Positions 11,401-21,112 of a stretch of DNA of 64,000 nt are shown here, piece after piece. Below the pieces are notes generated by a model. It saw nothing but the letters and a program-made list of their open reading frames with translations, had not been told where the DNA came from and did no database searches. The translations under genes and the position numbers were made by a program. The stretch is from Promethearchaeota archaeon (GTDB lineage: Archaea > Asgardarchaeota > Lokiarchaeia > Sigyniarchaeales > SOKP01), in contig JBHLNF010000002.1 in assembly GCA_048937405.1 (NCBI GenBank), positions 501,462 to 565,461 of the forward strand, read 5' to 3'. How positions within the stretch are numbered: the first letter of the stretch is position 1; each line of letters starts with the position of its first letter.

Positions 11401-12672
11401 TACAGACATATTGACTAATGATAAGTATGCATTAGGTACAAATCTTCCATCTACATCATACACAGTTAGTACCAAATTTTCAATAATTCCTTTATATTGT
11501 TCTTCATTTAATTCTGCAGGAATCGCTGATAAATTATAGATTGACTCAACATCATAAGTAGAGAGACCATATTGGAAAATCCTTACATCATCTATTTCTC
11601 CATTCCAATGGTAATTATCATTAATTGGCCAACTTGATATCTGAAATCGTCTACTTGTTGATGTAGGATTATTATAAAATGCGGTTCCAGCTAACTGACC
11701 ATCAATCCAAAATTTTGAGGTTTGAATACTTCCACCAATATTTTCCCATACATAGTGGTGCCATTCGCCATCAGTTGGATATGGTACTCTTTGGGATAAC
11801 TCATCATAATATGGATTTCCACTCCCATCACCTCTATTATTATATATAAAACCTCCAGAATGATATGGGTCCATATCTGTTCCACTGTTTCTATCTATCG
11901 ACCAAGGCATTTGACCAGATCCTCCACCTTTTGTCCAACCTGCTACGATTAAGGTATCTCCACAATAAAATCCATCAAAGTGAATGTGATCATCCTGAAC
12001 ATTTCCATCAAGATCAACTGAACCCCCTACCTTCCCATCAGTGACGTATGTTGGAGTATTTTGAAAATCACCATTTATATTACCGATTGAATCTTCAGCT
12101 TCATAAGGTCCTGGCATATCCTCATCTAATCTCCACCAGTTTGTTCCAAAACGACTATTTTTATTATAATATGCAGTAGCCATTCCTACGGTATCATTTC
12201 CATAATACATATATGTATCAAGTTCTAGACTTGAAGCGCTAAGATTTGTTTCAAACCAAACAGTTGCTAAACTTGCATTTGGATAATCTATTTGAATGAT
12301 GTAATTTCTAATAGTGTTGTTTTCTATTATTCTTACATCCTTTAAGGTGCTATTCATCTTTCCGGCATTAACATAATCTGAATAATTGAACGTTATTGAT
12401 ACAATGGTGTCTACTAAATCTACAGCATGTGGATTAGTAATATTTATTAATCGTCTATACGTAAAAGAACTATTCCACCAAGCATCTTCACCAAGAGCAG
12501 CATTTTTTAATGTTGATTTAAGATTGGTTTTGTCATTAGATTTACTAACATCATTAATATTTTCTGAATTAATAGAATTTTGAGGAAATAGTGTTAATCC
12601 CGAACTTATCAAAAAAATCAACAGTAATGAAATTGAAAATACCATTCGCGATTTTTTATTTTTTGTTTTCAT
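8494..12672 (-). CDS. Large single-pass surface glycoprotein A (DUF2341-like, LamG/ConA domain, beta-sandwich stalk, TM helix, cytoplasmic tail)
   Basis: N-terminal hydrophobic signal; WWNSSFTYRRLINI...YMYYGN; LamG motifs DGEWHHY and WNGEIDDVRIF; many NxS/T sequons; TM FYFVMIIGSIIAVAGSLTAY followed by a basic tail of about 75 aa. Confidence 0.8.
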   Translation of the reverse strand: MKTKNKKSRMVFSISLLLIFLISSGLTLFPQNSINSENINDVSKSNDKTNLKSTLKNAALGEDAWWNSSFTYRRLINITNPHAVDLVDTIVSITFNYSDYVNAGKMNSTLKDVRIIENNTIRNYIIQIDYPNASLATVWFETNLSASSLELDTYMYYGNDTVGMATAYYNKNSRFGTNWWRLDEDMPGPYEAEDSIGNINGDFQNTPTYVTDGKVGGSVDLDGNVQDDHIHFDGFYCGDTLIVAGWTKGGGSGQMPWSIDRNSGTDMDPYHSGGFIYNNRGDGSGNPYYDELSQRVPYPTDGEWHHYVWENIGGSIQTSKFWIDGQLAGTAFYNNPTSTSRRFQISSWPINDNYHWNGEIDDVRIFQYGLSTYDVESIYNLSAIPAELNEEQYKGIIENLVLTVYDVDGRFVPNAYLSLVNMSVPEVYTTGKTGDDGSVTFKKVPAGTYNITVKYNDTSSGMEYLAYNSTEENFGTPDADMYTFTYIRNEMDVYVNLWTIDFEIVDWDNNPLGYSYVNVSDSPTNPVIDHIRLIDGKGTFVWKNQSQYYYNISYDNEDYNSTIPIHLNESYVYRDTYDALNEKYYNHIILVNQSNIMNPPGSEYRVIEYIYTNGSTTDVSNKRLLQANITIEKMTDFLDTVKIYYLDEDGNWDDNSLIYFNDSYSGGQEDFISINIRDTPEESINLINDNFQAYGLLIDVRGFNSTTLTQCNGTILVETVETCNIYNKTSMAKLQIRVIDTSDEIIPVQSCIVKVKNSTGDSITNLITDSEGYAHGQINSESDFWYVRNPTENYTFSLNFYGGSDKNFLVNKTDQYDPSPSLVNHYNYSLRFNTSLVFKLLINIDDYQSMFIDYSGDTAVIWGSDMTFSVNFTIKAGVGANWVGLDDPDEIICTIGGIKSYDMNFVTDGVFTVTIPSYEFSAGNNYEIYSVEITGSKLGYVDPIPIFAEITINSRPTGMSIHDYETLDELESNSISEYYDELINITLKYYDASNNNSLTPESFTYDWDYGSGTLSPDPINSEYYILELDTSVVENVGTYHLEFTARRENYTEIVNFDFFITILTRPTSTEDSTGIVYVSESIYIFEELNFSFDYTDVLRNSPISNLDEMSYIMQELDENGDPIQGTSEIGSLIPIGNEFVLDLDTELRHDGEYSVIVTLAKKNYEYRIAIVSLTILERIIDIGWPELLLDSKIEIDAGKTLQFSIDLTDPNNNSAPITGASVYLTLGDETYVFTDNGDGSYIVNIPAISNPFFVPETFTATLTIEKQYFETKSSTITIVVNMQEIFGFPTFYFVMIIGSIIAVAGSLTAYRIVQQRRIPTFVKKSRSMKKSIKGNKIISDSLLYPSKEEFIVKKLGDKWDSIGLSLEDIMGVKEKKKMKLPEVKEEFKGGAD

Positions 12673-13177
12673 TTTTACTTGCCAATTTTATTAAATTTTT
12701 TTTTAAAATACTTAATAACAAAGATATTTGTTATCATTAAATATGCAAATTGTATTATTTAACTTTTTATTTTTCAGCTCTACTTATAAAAAATACATAA
12801 TTTGTGTCAATAAAAATCAGATTAGAAACAAAAAACCATTAATAGAATTTCTTGTTATTGACTTATGGCTTAGATGGAAAGTGCTATATTCTTAAAAATT
12901 ATAATATAAAATAAATTGTTAAATTCTCATAACTGAATAATTATATAAAAATATATTCATAACTGTTTTGGGCAATTATCTAATTTACTGATTTCAGATT
13001 TAAAATAATTAAATAATTCTTTTTATAATTACTCATGTTTAATTTTTTCTAAAAATTTAAATATTTTGATTAAGATCGAAGATTCAAAGAAGAATATCAA
13101 AGAAAGGTTTTTATTCTTAAAAAAGAATTTTTAATCTTTTTTAGTATTATATTTTCATTAGATTTAGGCAGAAAATC

Positions 13178-14218
13178 ATGTTGAGGCAAGTTTATATTTT
13201 AAAAGATGAAAAGGTTATCTACAATAAAAATTTTGGAAAAGCTGTACCCTCAGAGGATTTTAATAAACTCTATCAAGAGATTATTGATGCTTCTTCCAAA
13301 GGGACTGGAATAGAACTTAATAGTTATGACTATATTCAATATAAAATAGTATTTTCATTAGTTCAGGACTCAGGATTAATGTTTATGTTTATAACTGATC
13401 TGAATGATAATCTAAGACAAACAAAAAAGGAATTAACAACATTAGAGAAGGAATTTTTAGAAACATTTGGTGAAAATATGGAAAATTTGGATCCTTCTCT
13501 TTTGGAGTTGCTCGATCCTATATTGGATTCGATTCATAGAAATCTTAAAACAAAGATTTCTTTAGTTGGATTTTCTGGAGTGGGAAAAACAACAACAACA
13601 ACACTAATATGTGCTACTGAGATTCCTTCTGTACATATTCCTACTATTACTGGTAAAATTTCAACAGTAAAAATTGGTAAATTATATTTTCATTTATGGG
13701 ATTTTGCTGGACAAGAGCAATTTAGTTATTTATGGAATGATTTTATTTTAGGCAGTGATGCAGTTCTCGTAATAACTGATTCCACATTAGAAAACGTGGA
13801 GAAGAGCAAGTTTTTCATTGAATTGATAAAAGAGCATGCTCCTTATGCTCATACAGCAATAATTGGAAATAAACAAGACTTACCTGACGCATTAAATGTC
13901 GAAAAAATTCAAGAGATAATCGGATTAAAAACATATTCTATGGTAGCTATTGACCCAAATAATCGAGATAAAATGATCCAAATAATTGCAGATATCTTAG
14001 AGATAAGCACTGATGCTTCTCCCTTATTAAAACCTTTATTTGAAAGGGATCAACTAATCCAGCAAGCAAAAATCAGTTTAGAAAATGGAGATATTTCTAA
14101 GACTGCAGAATATTTCGAAAGATTATCTGATTTATGCCTTGAATTAGGAGATGATATTCTTTATAAGGAATTTTATGAAAAAGCTAAGAAATTGAAAGGA
14201 TACTTAACCAATCAGTAA
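13178..14218 (+). CDS. Small GTPase with N-terminal longin-like domain and C-terminal helical hairpin
   Basis: G1 GFSGVGKTT, G2 PTI, G3 WDFAGQ, G4 NKQD; about 120-aa longin-like N-terminus. Confidence 0.85.
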   Translation: MLRQVYILKDEKVIYNKNFGKAVPSEDFNKLYQEIIDASSKGTGIELNSYDYIQYKIVFSLVQDSGLMFMFITDLNDNLRQTKKELTTLEKEFLETFGENMENLDPSLLELLDPILDSIHRNLKTKISLVGFSGVGKTTTTTLICATEIPSVHIPTITGKISTVKIGKLYFHLWDFAGQEQFSYLWNDFILGSDAVLVITDSTLENVEKSKFFIELIKEHAPYAHTAIIGNKQDLPDALNVEKIQEIIGLKTYSMVAIDPNNRDKMIQIIADILEISTDASPLLKPLFERDQLIQQAKISLENGDISKTAEYFERLSDLCLELGDDILYKEFYEKAKKLKGYLTNQ

Positions 14219-14277
14219 ACTCTAAAATAATGATTTTTCTTTCAATTATCAAATAAAAAATATTAAAAAAAAATATA

Positions 14278-15387
14278 TTATTCTTTTTCTATTTCAGCTG
14301 TTAATTTCATAGATCGATAGTTATCATCAAGAACGTTTAGATATTCAATCAAAACAGCCTCTGATTTTGACTTTACACCATATTGATAAATTATTGTGTT
14401 TAACATATATTTAGGATAAATTAATGAATTAAAAAAATCAGTAAGTAACGCATAATACTCATTTCCTTTAGTATCTTGAAAAACATGAATCATCTGATTA
14501 TCCCACAATACCTTCAAACCACCATCTATATCATCTACACCTTTTTTTCTGAGTTTCTCTAATACATTCTTTGTTACTATTGAAATTCTTAATAGCTTTA
14601 AAATTTCATAGATCTGGGGATCTGCAATTATTTCATCTAAAACCTTGAGATTATCTTCCTCAGTTGGTTGATAATTTTGAAAATAATTTTTAACAGCAAC
14701 TTTATACTCTTCAATAAATTTTTCAGGAAGTCCACGTTCTACTGGATTTTTGAGCAATTTGATTGGAGGTCTTCTAATCATAAAAAGATCATTGATTAAA
14801 AATATCAATTCCGAAGGCATTCCTTTTACCGATGTTTCTTTAATGATTTCTTTTTTAATTAATTCAGTTAAAATAGCATCTACATCAAAAAATCCTTCTC
14901 TATATTTATCTTTTAACCATATTTTCAATTCAGATTTCGTTATCACACCTTCCTCTCTAAGCCTATTAATAATTAGCCGGTTTACACCATCCAAATACGT
15001 GACAGCAAGATTTTGTTCTTCATTTAAATTAGGATAAGTCGATAATCTCTGGAATAAGAAGGGGATCATTTCTAAATATGCATTATCACTGTAATTTTGG
15101 AAAATTACCCGTGAAATATCTGATAATCCCCCTTCAAAAGAATCAGCATCTTCGTCTAAATTTAGGAGTAAAATAATATAAAGAGGTTTCTCTCGACCTG
15201 TATAATATGAAGCAATATTTAGCGGGCCTACTAATAAACTGATCATCCCTGGTTCCCCTGTATATTCATGCGCTGCATAGATTTGCATCAAAGTTTCATC
15301 ACTAATAATCAGTTCTTCAGGATATTTTGCAAGAATCTCAGTACTAACTTTAATATCCCATCTCATAATAACTAATCCAATTGGCAT
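14278..15387 (-). CDS. Cytosolic longin/uDENN-like protein, copy B
   Basis: Long identical blocks with 7367..8494 (TEILAKYPEEL, LNIASYYTG, KETSVKGMPSELIFLI, LEKLRKKGVDD, NEYYALL). Confidence 0.6.
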   Translation of the reverse strand: MPIGLVIMRWDIKVSTEILAKYPEELIISDETLMQIYAAHEYTGEPGMISLLVGPLNIASYYTGREKPLYIILLLNLDEDADSFEGGLSDISRVIFQNYSDNAYLEMIPFLFQRLSTYPNLNEEQNLAVTYLDGVNRLIINRLREEGVITKSELKIWLKDKYREGFFDVDAILTELIKKEIIKETSVKGMPSELIFLINDLFMIRRPPIKLLKNPVERGLPEKFIEEYKVAVKNYFQNYQPTEEDNLKVLDEIIADPQIYEILKLLRISIVTKNVLEKLRKKGVDDIDGGLKVLWDNQMIHVFQDTKGNEYYALLTDFFNSLIYPKYMLNTIIYQYGVKSKSEAVLIEYLNVLDDNYRSMKLTAEIEKE

Positions 15388-18300
15388 TATTCAATGTCAC
15401 CTCTTTGTTCTTTTAACTTATCTTTTATTGGTAATTTCTTTTTTAATTCTTCAATTCCTAAAGATTTCTCAATTGATAAATCAATTTGTTTCCAATCATC
15501 ACCGAATAGTTTTGCTATCATCTCTGCTTTAGATGGAACAGATATTATTTCGGTAATTTTCTTTTTCGATTTAATTAATCCTTTAACTTTTCTGATCTTT
15601 TTGACATGTTTAGGGATTCTGGCCTGTTGTATAACTCTATATGCTACTAAACTTCCTAATATACCGATTATTGATGCAGTGATCAATATAAAGTAGAATG
15701 ATGGCATTCCAGGAAAAATTTCCTCCATATTTACGGTAATTGTAACTGTGATTTCTTGTCTAGTGAAGTTATCAGCCTCAATGTAAATTTTACCTACAAA
15801 GGTTCGTTCACTTAAAAAAGTATCAATATTACTAGTTATTAATGTTAAAGTGTATAAGCCTGCAGTAGTATCAGATGGATCAAAAGTATGATTAACTCCT
15901 CTAAAAGCAAATTTAATTGTGGCGCCTTCTAATTCTATATCTCTGGTAGTATCCCATAAACTTATCTCAAAATCAACATCAGTTCCATGTTCGATCTGGA
16001 TTTGGTTATTGCTTCCTAATTGAAGGCTCTCAATTGTTGGTTCAAAATTCCTTAACATAATTTCTAAATTAATGAGAGCAGATTTTGCTTTGTAGTTTTG
16101 TTTTTGAAGTGTAACATATAAGTAATAATAACCAACAGATCTTATTTCAGTCTTAAAATCTAAAATAAGAGTATTATTATTATTTTGGAAAAGTGTTCCA
16201 GAACCATGTATTCCAGGAATTCTTGTACCGTTTGCATATAATTCTTCCCAAGTATATGTGGCAGTTGTTAAATTACCAATATAAGCTTCTGTAATTTCGT
16301 CTTGGTAAAAAAATTCGAAAGGATTAGGATCTTCAACCCATACTTTGGAATTAATATAGACTAAATCAGTTTCACCATTAAGAGTTGTTATTCTCTCGTT
16401 GATATTTAGAGATGTATATAATGTCTGAGATGTATGATTTTCATTCTTTGCTATAATTTCAATTGATTTTGTACCCCATACTTCTGCAATTGTAGTATTT
16501 ATTGTTGCTGTATAATACCCATCATTGATTGGATCTTCGAAGAATTGAATAGGATCTAAATTCAACCATTCATAAGTTAATACTGCGCCTTTTAATGGTG
16601 CTTCTGTAAATGAATTATAATATTTTACGGTTAAATTAACCATTTCGCCAAATATTTGAGAAAAATTAGTAATTTCTGTTAAATTATTATAATAATCGTG
16701 CATAGTTATATTAGTTGGAATAGTATCTATGAAAATTGAGTCACTTAAATTAGTTGGAGGTGAATATCCAACTTTATTTCCAGAGATAATAATGCTGTAG
16801 AGTCTACCTCTTTCACCAGCTGATAATTGAGCAGAATCAAATGTATAATCAAATATTCCATTTTCTTGTGGATTCATTTCAAGTTCTAATACAACATGAC
16901 TTCCTGGTCCAGTTGTTTTAATAGTACAAAATACATTTGCGGGAAGAGTAACAGGTTCTGAGGTATCCCACCCATCTTCTGTTAATGAGAAGTTTACCTG
17001 AATTGTAATATCTTGATCCCATATTACCGTTTCTTGAGTGATTAAGTCTTTAAACTTAGTTTGATAATCACTTGCATTTATATCTACACCTAGAAATATT
17101 TCAAAAATAAGCTCTGTTGAATTTTTTAAAGTATAATTATAAAAAGGAATATTTACACCTTGCTGGAATGTTTGATCTGATTTATTTACTATTAAATTCT
17201 TATGCGATCCAAAAAATACTAATGAAAAATTATATTCGAAACCTCTTAAATACCAAAGTGGTAGCTCTGTATTTATTTGTCCATATGCATATCCAGTAAA
17301 GTCTCTTGTTAATAAATCGTTAGTTACATTAAACAATCCATCTCTATTTGTACTATTTACTTTTATAAGGCAACCAGAAACACCTGCACCAACAGCATCA
17401 ATAATTTTAATATTCAGTTTACATAAATCCGTAACATTGTAAATATTACAAGTTTCATTAAAACTAACATTGATTTTACCCCAAACGTTTGATGAATTTA
17501 TACCTGTAGTAACAATTTTCAAGCCATAAACCTCATACTTATCTCCAGCTAAACTACTAGGCTTTTCGGGAGGTGCTCTCATATCTATCTGTATACGATA
17601 CAGATCTTCTCCTGCTGTGTTATTATAATAAACTCGATAATTATCATTGGTATAATTATTTTTATCTATATAATAAACTGAGATAGAACTTATTGTTGTT
17701 GAGCCTCTTGGAGCTGTAACATTTATTTCAGCTGAAATTATCTTTTTATTTCCAAGTTCAGTACGTGATCCATTCGTATAAAATAACTCATCAACAGTAA
17801 ATGTAGAAGGGGATGCAGACCAAGGAATCGTTTCATTTAAAGATACAGACTTTTGCTGAATCTTATCACCGATTATATCATAATTAGCCCTTGTTATCCA
17901 ACTCTCATTTAGCGCAGTAGGGTTCAAGTTATAATCGGGGTTATCATAAAATACTTTATAGTAATATTTATCTTTATTTATCCAGCGAAACGTAGCTTTT
18001 CCATCTGAGTTAAGGGTTAAATTATCTAGAAATCCACCCCCTTTAGTATAGTTAACTTCAATGTATCCATAGTTTAAGGGTTCCTTTCCATAATCAACTA
18101 TCTCAAAATCAATAGTCCATAAATCCACCTTGACGTCAAAACTATGAATAGATTTGTAAATTTTGAAATCACTTCCTCCCCCCTCGCTACTATTATACAC
18201 TACAGTTTCATTTCCGGTGTATTCTATTGTATAATTTACCACAATATCATAAGTTTTATAATCAACATCCGTAAAGACTGCACTTCCCTCATCTGTGGAA

Positions 18301-19694
18301 GTGTTTTGTGTATCAATTATGGGGTCTGGTAATGAATAATTCACCAAAGAGACTTCTGCATTAGGAACGATTCTTCCATCAATATCTTTAACTATTACAG
18401 TAACTTCTGATCTTCTTTCTTCAATATCTGAATCTAAATCTACCTGTAAAGTATAGTTGAACCTTACATCATCTACTTGACCAAATGCACTAAATGCTGC
18501 AAATTCATCAGTATGGGTATAAATCCCAAATTCCAAAAAAACTGTTAAGCCTTCATAATCTGATAGGTCGATATTAATATAACCTGTTAATCCTGGAGAA
18601 ATTGCTGCTGTATCAACTGATGGAGTCCCAGAAGGATGAACTCCTGCCCAAGTTGGTAGATCGGAAACTTTCGTCCCCTCGCCAAGGCTGTCCCACAATT
18701 CTACATTAAAAAGTTCTTCATGTAAATTCACATTTTCACTGTAAGTTGTAGCAATTCGAACAAAGTATCCAAAAACTTTTGATTTAGAAGAATCATACAT
18801 CCTGATATTACGCCAAGCATTTATACCCATACGACCACCGGTAACTTTTGGTACCTTAAACGGATAACTAAATAAAGTTCCTACTATATCATCTCCTATA
18901 CCCCCACTTGAGACATCGTGAGAAATATCACCCCATTTAAATGCATAAGACCCTTGCTCCACATGTTCTTGGGCTATAAGGGAATTAGATAAATTGTGTT
19001 GATAATAATCAGGTGTCATAGATGTTGGAGTATATGGCACATTAAGGTCATCTGGAACATCATCCGCATAATACCAACCAAATGTATTATTAATTTTAGT
19101 ACCAGTTACAATATCTTGTTCAAAATTACCATTTCTTATCCATCCGAAATTATCAGCAGCCGAAGCTGAAGATTCATTCATGAAATAGGTTGTATCAATC
19201 TCAACTTCATCATTACCATAATATAAATAGGTGTCATATTCTGTTGAACTAGCTGATATATTTGTATCAAACCAGACTGTTGCTATATTTGGTGAGGGAT
19301 AATTCTTTTGAAAATAATATTTTCTTATATGTGGATTATTAGCAGAGTCGTATTCAATGATTCTTATGTCTTTTAAACTTTTATTCATTCTGCCATCACT
19401 TACATAAGTATTATAAATAAATGAGATACTAACGCTATAGTTCTCAAAATCTACAGAATAAGGATTTGTAATATTAATAACTTGTCTAGATCGAAATGTT
19501 GTATTCCACCATGGGTGAGTGCCTGATAGCTTAATATTTAGATTGTTACCATCTTCAACTTCATTCAGTTCTTTTGTTTTAGATAAAGAATTTGAAATGT
19601 TTATTAAACAAATCGCATAAACGCTAGTAAACAACACAATTGAAATTAATGAAATTACTTTTAATCGTTGTTTTATTGGTATTATATTATTCAT
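15387..19694 (-). CDS. Large single-pass surface glycoprotein B (DUF2341-like, CBM-like jelly-roll, beta-sandwich stalk, TM helix, cytoplasmic tail)
   Basis: Paralog of 8494..12672 (LWTIDFEIVD, DGRIVPNA, ETCNIYN); tip domain IRNGNFEQ...VDDVRF differs; TM FYFILITASIIGILGSLVAY and tail. Confidence 0.8.
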   Translation of the reverse strand: MNNIIPIKQRLKVISLISIVLFTSVYAICLINISNSLSKTKELNEVEDGNNLNIKLSGTHPWWNTTFRSRQVINITNPYSVDFENYSVSISFIYNTYVSDGRMNKSLKDIRIIEYDSANNPHIRKYYFQKNYPSPNIATVWFDTNISASSTEYDTYLYYGNDEVEIDTTYFMNESSASAADNFGWIRNGNFEQDIVTGTKINNTFGWYYADDVPDDLNVPYTPTSMTPDYYQHNLSNSLIAQEHVEQGSYAFKWGDISHDVSSGGIGDDIVGTLFSYPFKVPKVTGGRMGINAWRNIRMYDSSKSKVFGYFVRIATTYSENVNLHEELFNVELWDSLGEGTKVSDLPTWAGVHPSGTPSVDTAAISPGLTGYINIDLSDYEGLTVFLEFGIYTHTDEFAAFSAFGQVDDVRFNYTLQVDLDSDIEERRSEVTVIVKDIDGRIVPNAEVSLVNYSLPDPIIDTQNTSTDEGSAVFTDVDYKTYDIVVNYTIEYTGNETVVYNSSEGGGSDFKIYKSIHSFDVKVDLWTIDFEIVDYGKEPLNYGYIEVNYTKGGGFLDNLTLNSDGKATFRWINKDKYYYKVFYDNPDYNLNPTALNESWITRANYDIIGDKIQQKSVSLNETIPWSASPSTFTVDELFYTNGSRTELGNKKIISAEINVTAPRGSTTISSISVYYIDKNNYTNDNYRVYYNNTAGEDLYRIQIDMRAPPEKPSSLAGDKYEVYGLKIVTTGINSSNVWGKINVSFNETCNIYNVTDLCKLNIKIIDAVGAGVSGCLIKVNSTNRDGLFNVTNDLLTRDFTGYAYGQINTELPLWYLRGFEYNFSLVFFGSHKNLIVNKSDQTFQQGVNIPFYNYTLKNSTELIFEIFLGVDINASDYQTKFKDLITQETVIWDQDITIQVNFSLTEDGWDTSEPVTLPANVFCTIKTTGPGSHVVLELEMNPQENGIFDYTFDSAQLSAGERGRLYSIIISGNKVGYSPPTNLSDSIFIDTIPTNITMHDYYNNLTEITNFSQIFGEMVNLTVKYYNSFTEAPLKGAVLTYEWLNLDPIQFFEDPINDGYYTATINTTIAEVWGTKSIEIIAKNENHTSQTLYTSLNINERITTLNGETDLVYINSKVWVEDPNPFEFFYQDEITEAYIGNLTTATYTWEELYANGTRIPGIHGSGTLFQNNNNTLILDFKTEIRSVGYYYLYVTLQKQNYKAKSALINLEIMLRNFEPTIESLQLGSNNQIQIEHGTDVDFEISLWDTTRDIELEGATIKFAFRGVNHTFDPSDTTAGLYTLTLITSNIDTFLSERTFVGKIYIEADNFTRQEITVTITVNMEEIFPGMPSFYFILITASIIGILGSLVAYRVIQQARIPKHVKKIRKVKGLIKSKKKITEIISVPSKAEMIAKLFGDDWKQIDLSIEKSLGIEELKKKLPIKDKLKEQRGDIE

Positions 19695-19874
19695 GAATCA
19701 TCATTTTGATTTTATTAAATTTTTTAGTATTATCGATATTTTTGATTTAATTTTTTTGGAAAAAAATGTTAAAAATAAGAAAAAAGAAGTTAAATATAAT
19801 ACTTTGTTTATCATTAAATTCTTATTATAAAACTTATCAAGGAGTTCCAATTCTTTAAGAGATAATTTTAGTTT

Positions 19875-20510
19875 TTATTTTCCCTTTTCTAATAAAAGAT
19901 AAATTTTTCTCTTTTTTGCGCTATTAGGATTATCTATTATAAAGTTTCCATTAAAATCTGTTTTTTCAGCTATAATTTTGCCGATTCTATCTAAAATGTT
20001 TTTGTTTTTTGGATAAAATTGAATTATAACACGAGAATTAGGTTTTAAAATATTAAAAAAGGATTTAGACAAATTTATTAAATCCTTTTTCATTTGTTCA
20101 TTGTTAATATCTCTATATATCCATTGTAATGCTGAGATAGATATAATTGCATCAAATGTGTTCGGTTTAAATGGAGGAAAGCACATATCTGATACAATTG
20201 GATTTAAATCTTTTATATCATAATAATTTAAAAATGAACAAATAAGATCGATAGCCACTGTTTTATATCCTATCTCATTTAAATACATAGAAGCAAAACC
20301 TGGGCCACAACCAGCGTCTAAGATTATTGCATTACGTTTTTCAAGATTTAAAAGTTCTAAAACCCTGATCGTAATTTTTTCCTGTGTTTTTATTATACTT
20401 TTAGAGTTAGCATATTGTTTAAGAATATCTCCTTTAAAGTAATCTGAGACCTCAGAATATATCTCTTCTGGTCTTTCTCTCTTAACGTTAAAATCGTAAT
20501 TGTTATTCAA
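19875..20510 (-). CDS. Bud23/WBSCR22-like class I SAM-dependent SSU rRNA methyltransferase
   Basis: RPEE, RVLELLNL, ILDAGCGPG, FDAIISISALQW, QFYPKN and IDNPNSAKKRKIYLLL parallel eukaryotic Bud23 as recalled. Confidence 0.8.
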   Translation of the reverse strand: MNNNYDFNVKRERPEEIYSEVSDYFKGDILKQYANSKSIIKTQEKITIRVLELLNLEKRNAIILDAGCGPGFASMYLNEIGYKTVAIDLICSFLNYYDIKDLNPIVSDMCFPPFKPNTFDAIISISALQWIYRDINNEQMKKDLINLSKSFFNILKPNSRVIIQFYPKNKNILDRIGKIIAEKTDFNGNFIIDNPNSAKKRKIYLLLEKGK

Positions 20511-20658
20511 TTTCTATTGAATTTTACTATTTTATTCAGGTGTTCAATGCTGAAATTAAATTTTCAATAATAAAACAAAAATTTTATTAAATTTTAAATA
20601 TTTATAATTTCATTCAGCTAATATTCTTTAAAATTTTTAAAATTCAAATTGATTAATT

Positions 20659-20958
20659 GTGTCGGATAGAGAAGAAAAGCAAATAGTCAGAAAAGCTACT
20701 CTAAATCTAAGAAGAAAATATGGAAGAACAAAACAGATAAATATAGTTGAACGGGATTCATTTATACCAAAAAATCTTGAAAATGAGATAAAGGAAGGTA
20801 TTTTGAAAAAAAAAACTATTTTAGCAACGGATATCGCATTGAAATATGATATAAGAGTTTCAACAATAAAATTACTTTTGAAACAATATGAAGAAGAAGG
20901 ATTAATCAAACTACTTGATCCATCTTTAAAATTAAAAATATATGTTCCATCATCTTAA
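20659..20958 (+). CDS. rps25e: 30S ribosomal protein eS25
   Basis: 99-aa basic winged-helix; IALKYDIRVSTIKLLLKQYEEEGLIK...IY pattern. Confidence 0.75.
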   Translation: MSDREEKQIVRKATLNLRRKYGRTKQINIVERDSFIPKNLENEIKEGILKKKTILATDIALKYDIRVSTIKLLLKQYEEEGLIKLLDPSLKLKIYVPSS

Positions 20959-21112
20959 AAATAATAATCTATTACCTCTGATCCTATATTCAAAAAGAAA
21001 TTAATGAATTTTCTTTTCCGGATTTAGAAAGGAAATAGATTTATATATCAAAGGTTTTAAGATCATTAATATATTGTATTAAAATGGCCCTAAATTTTTT
21101 CATTTTTTTAGA

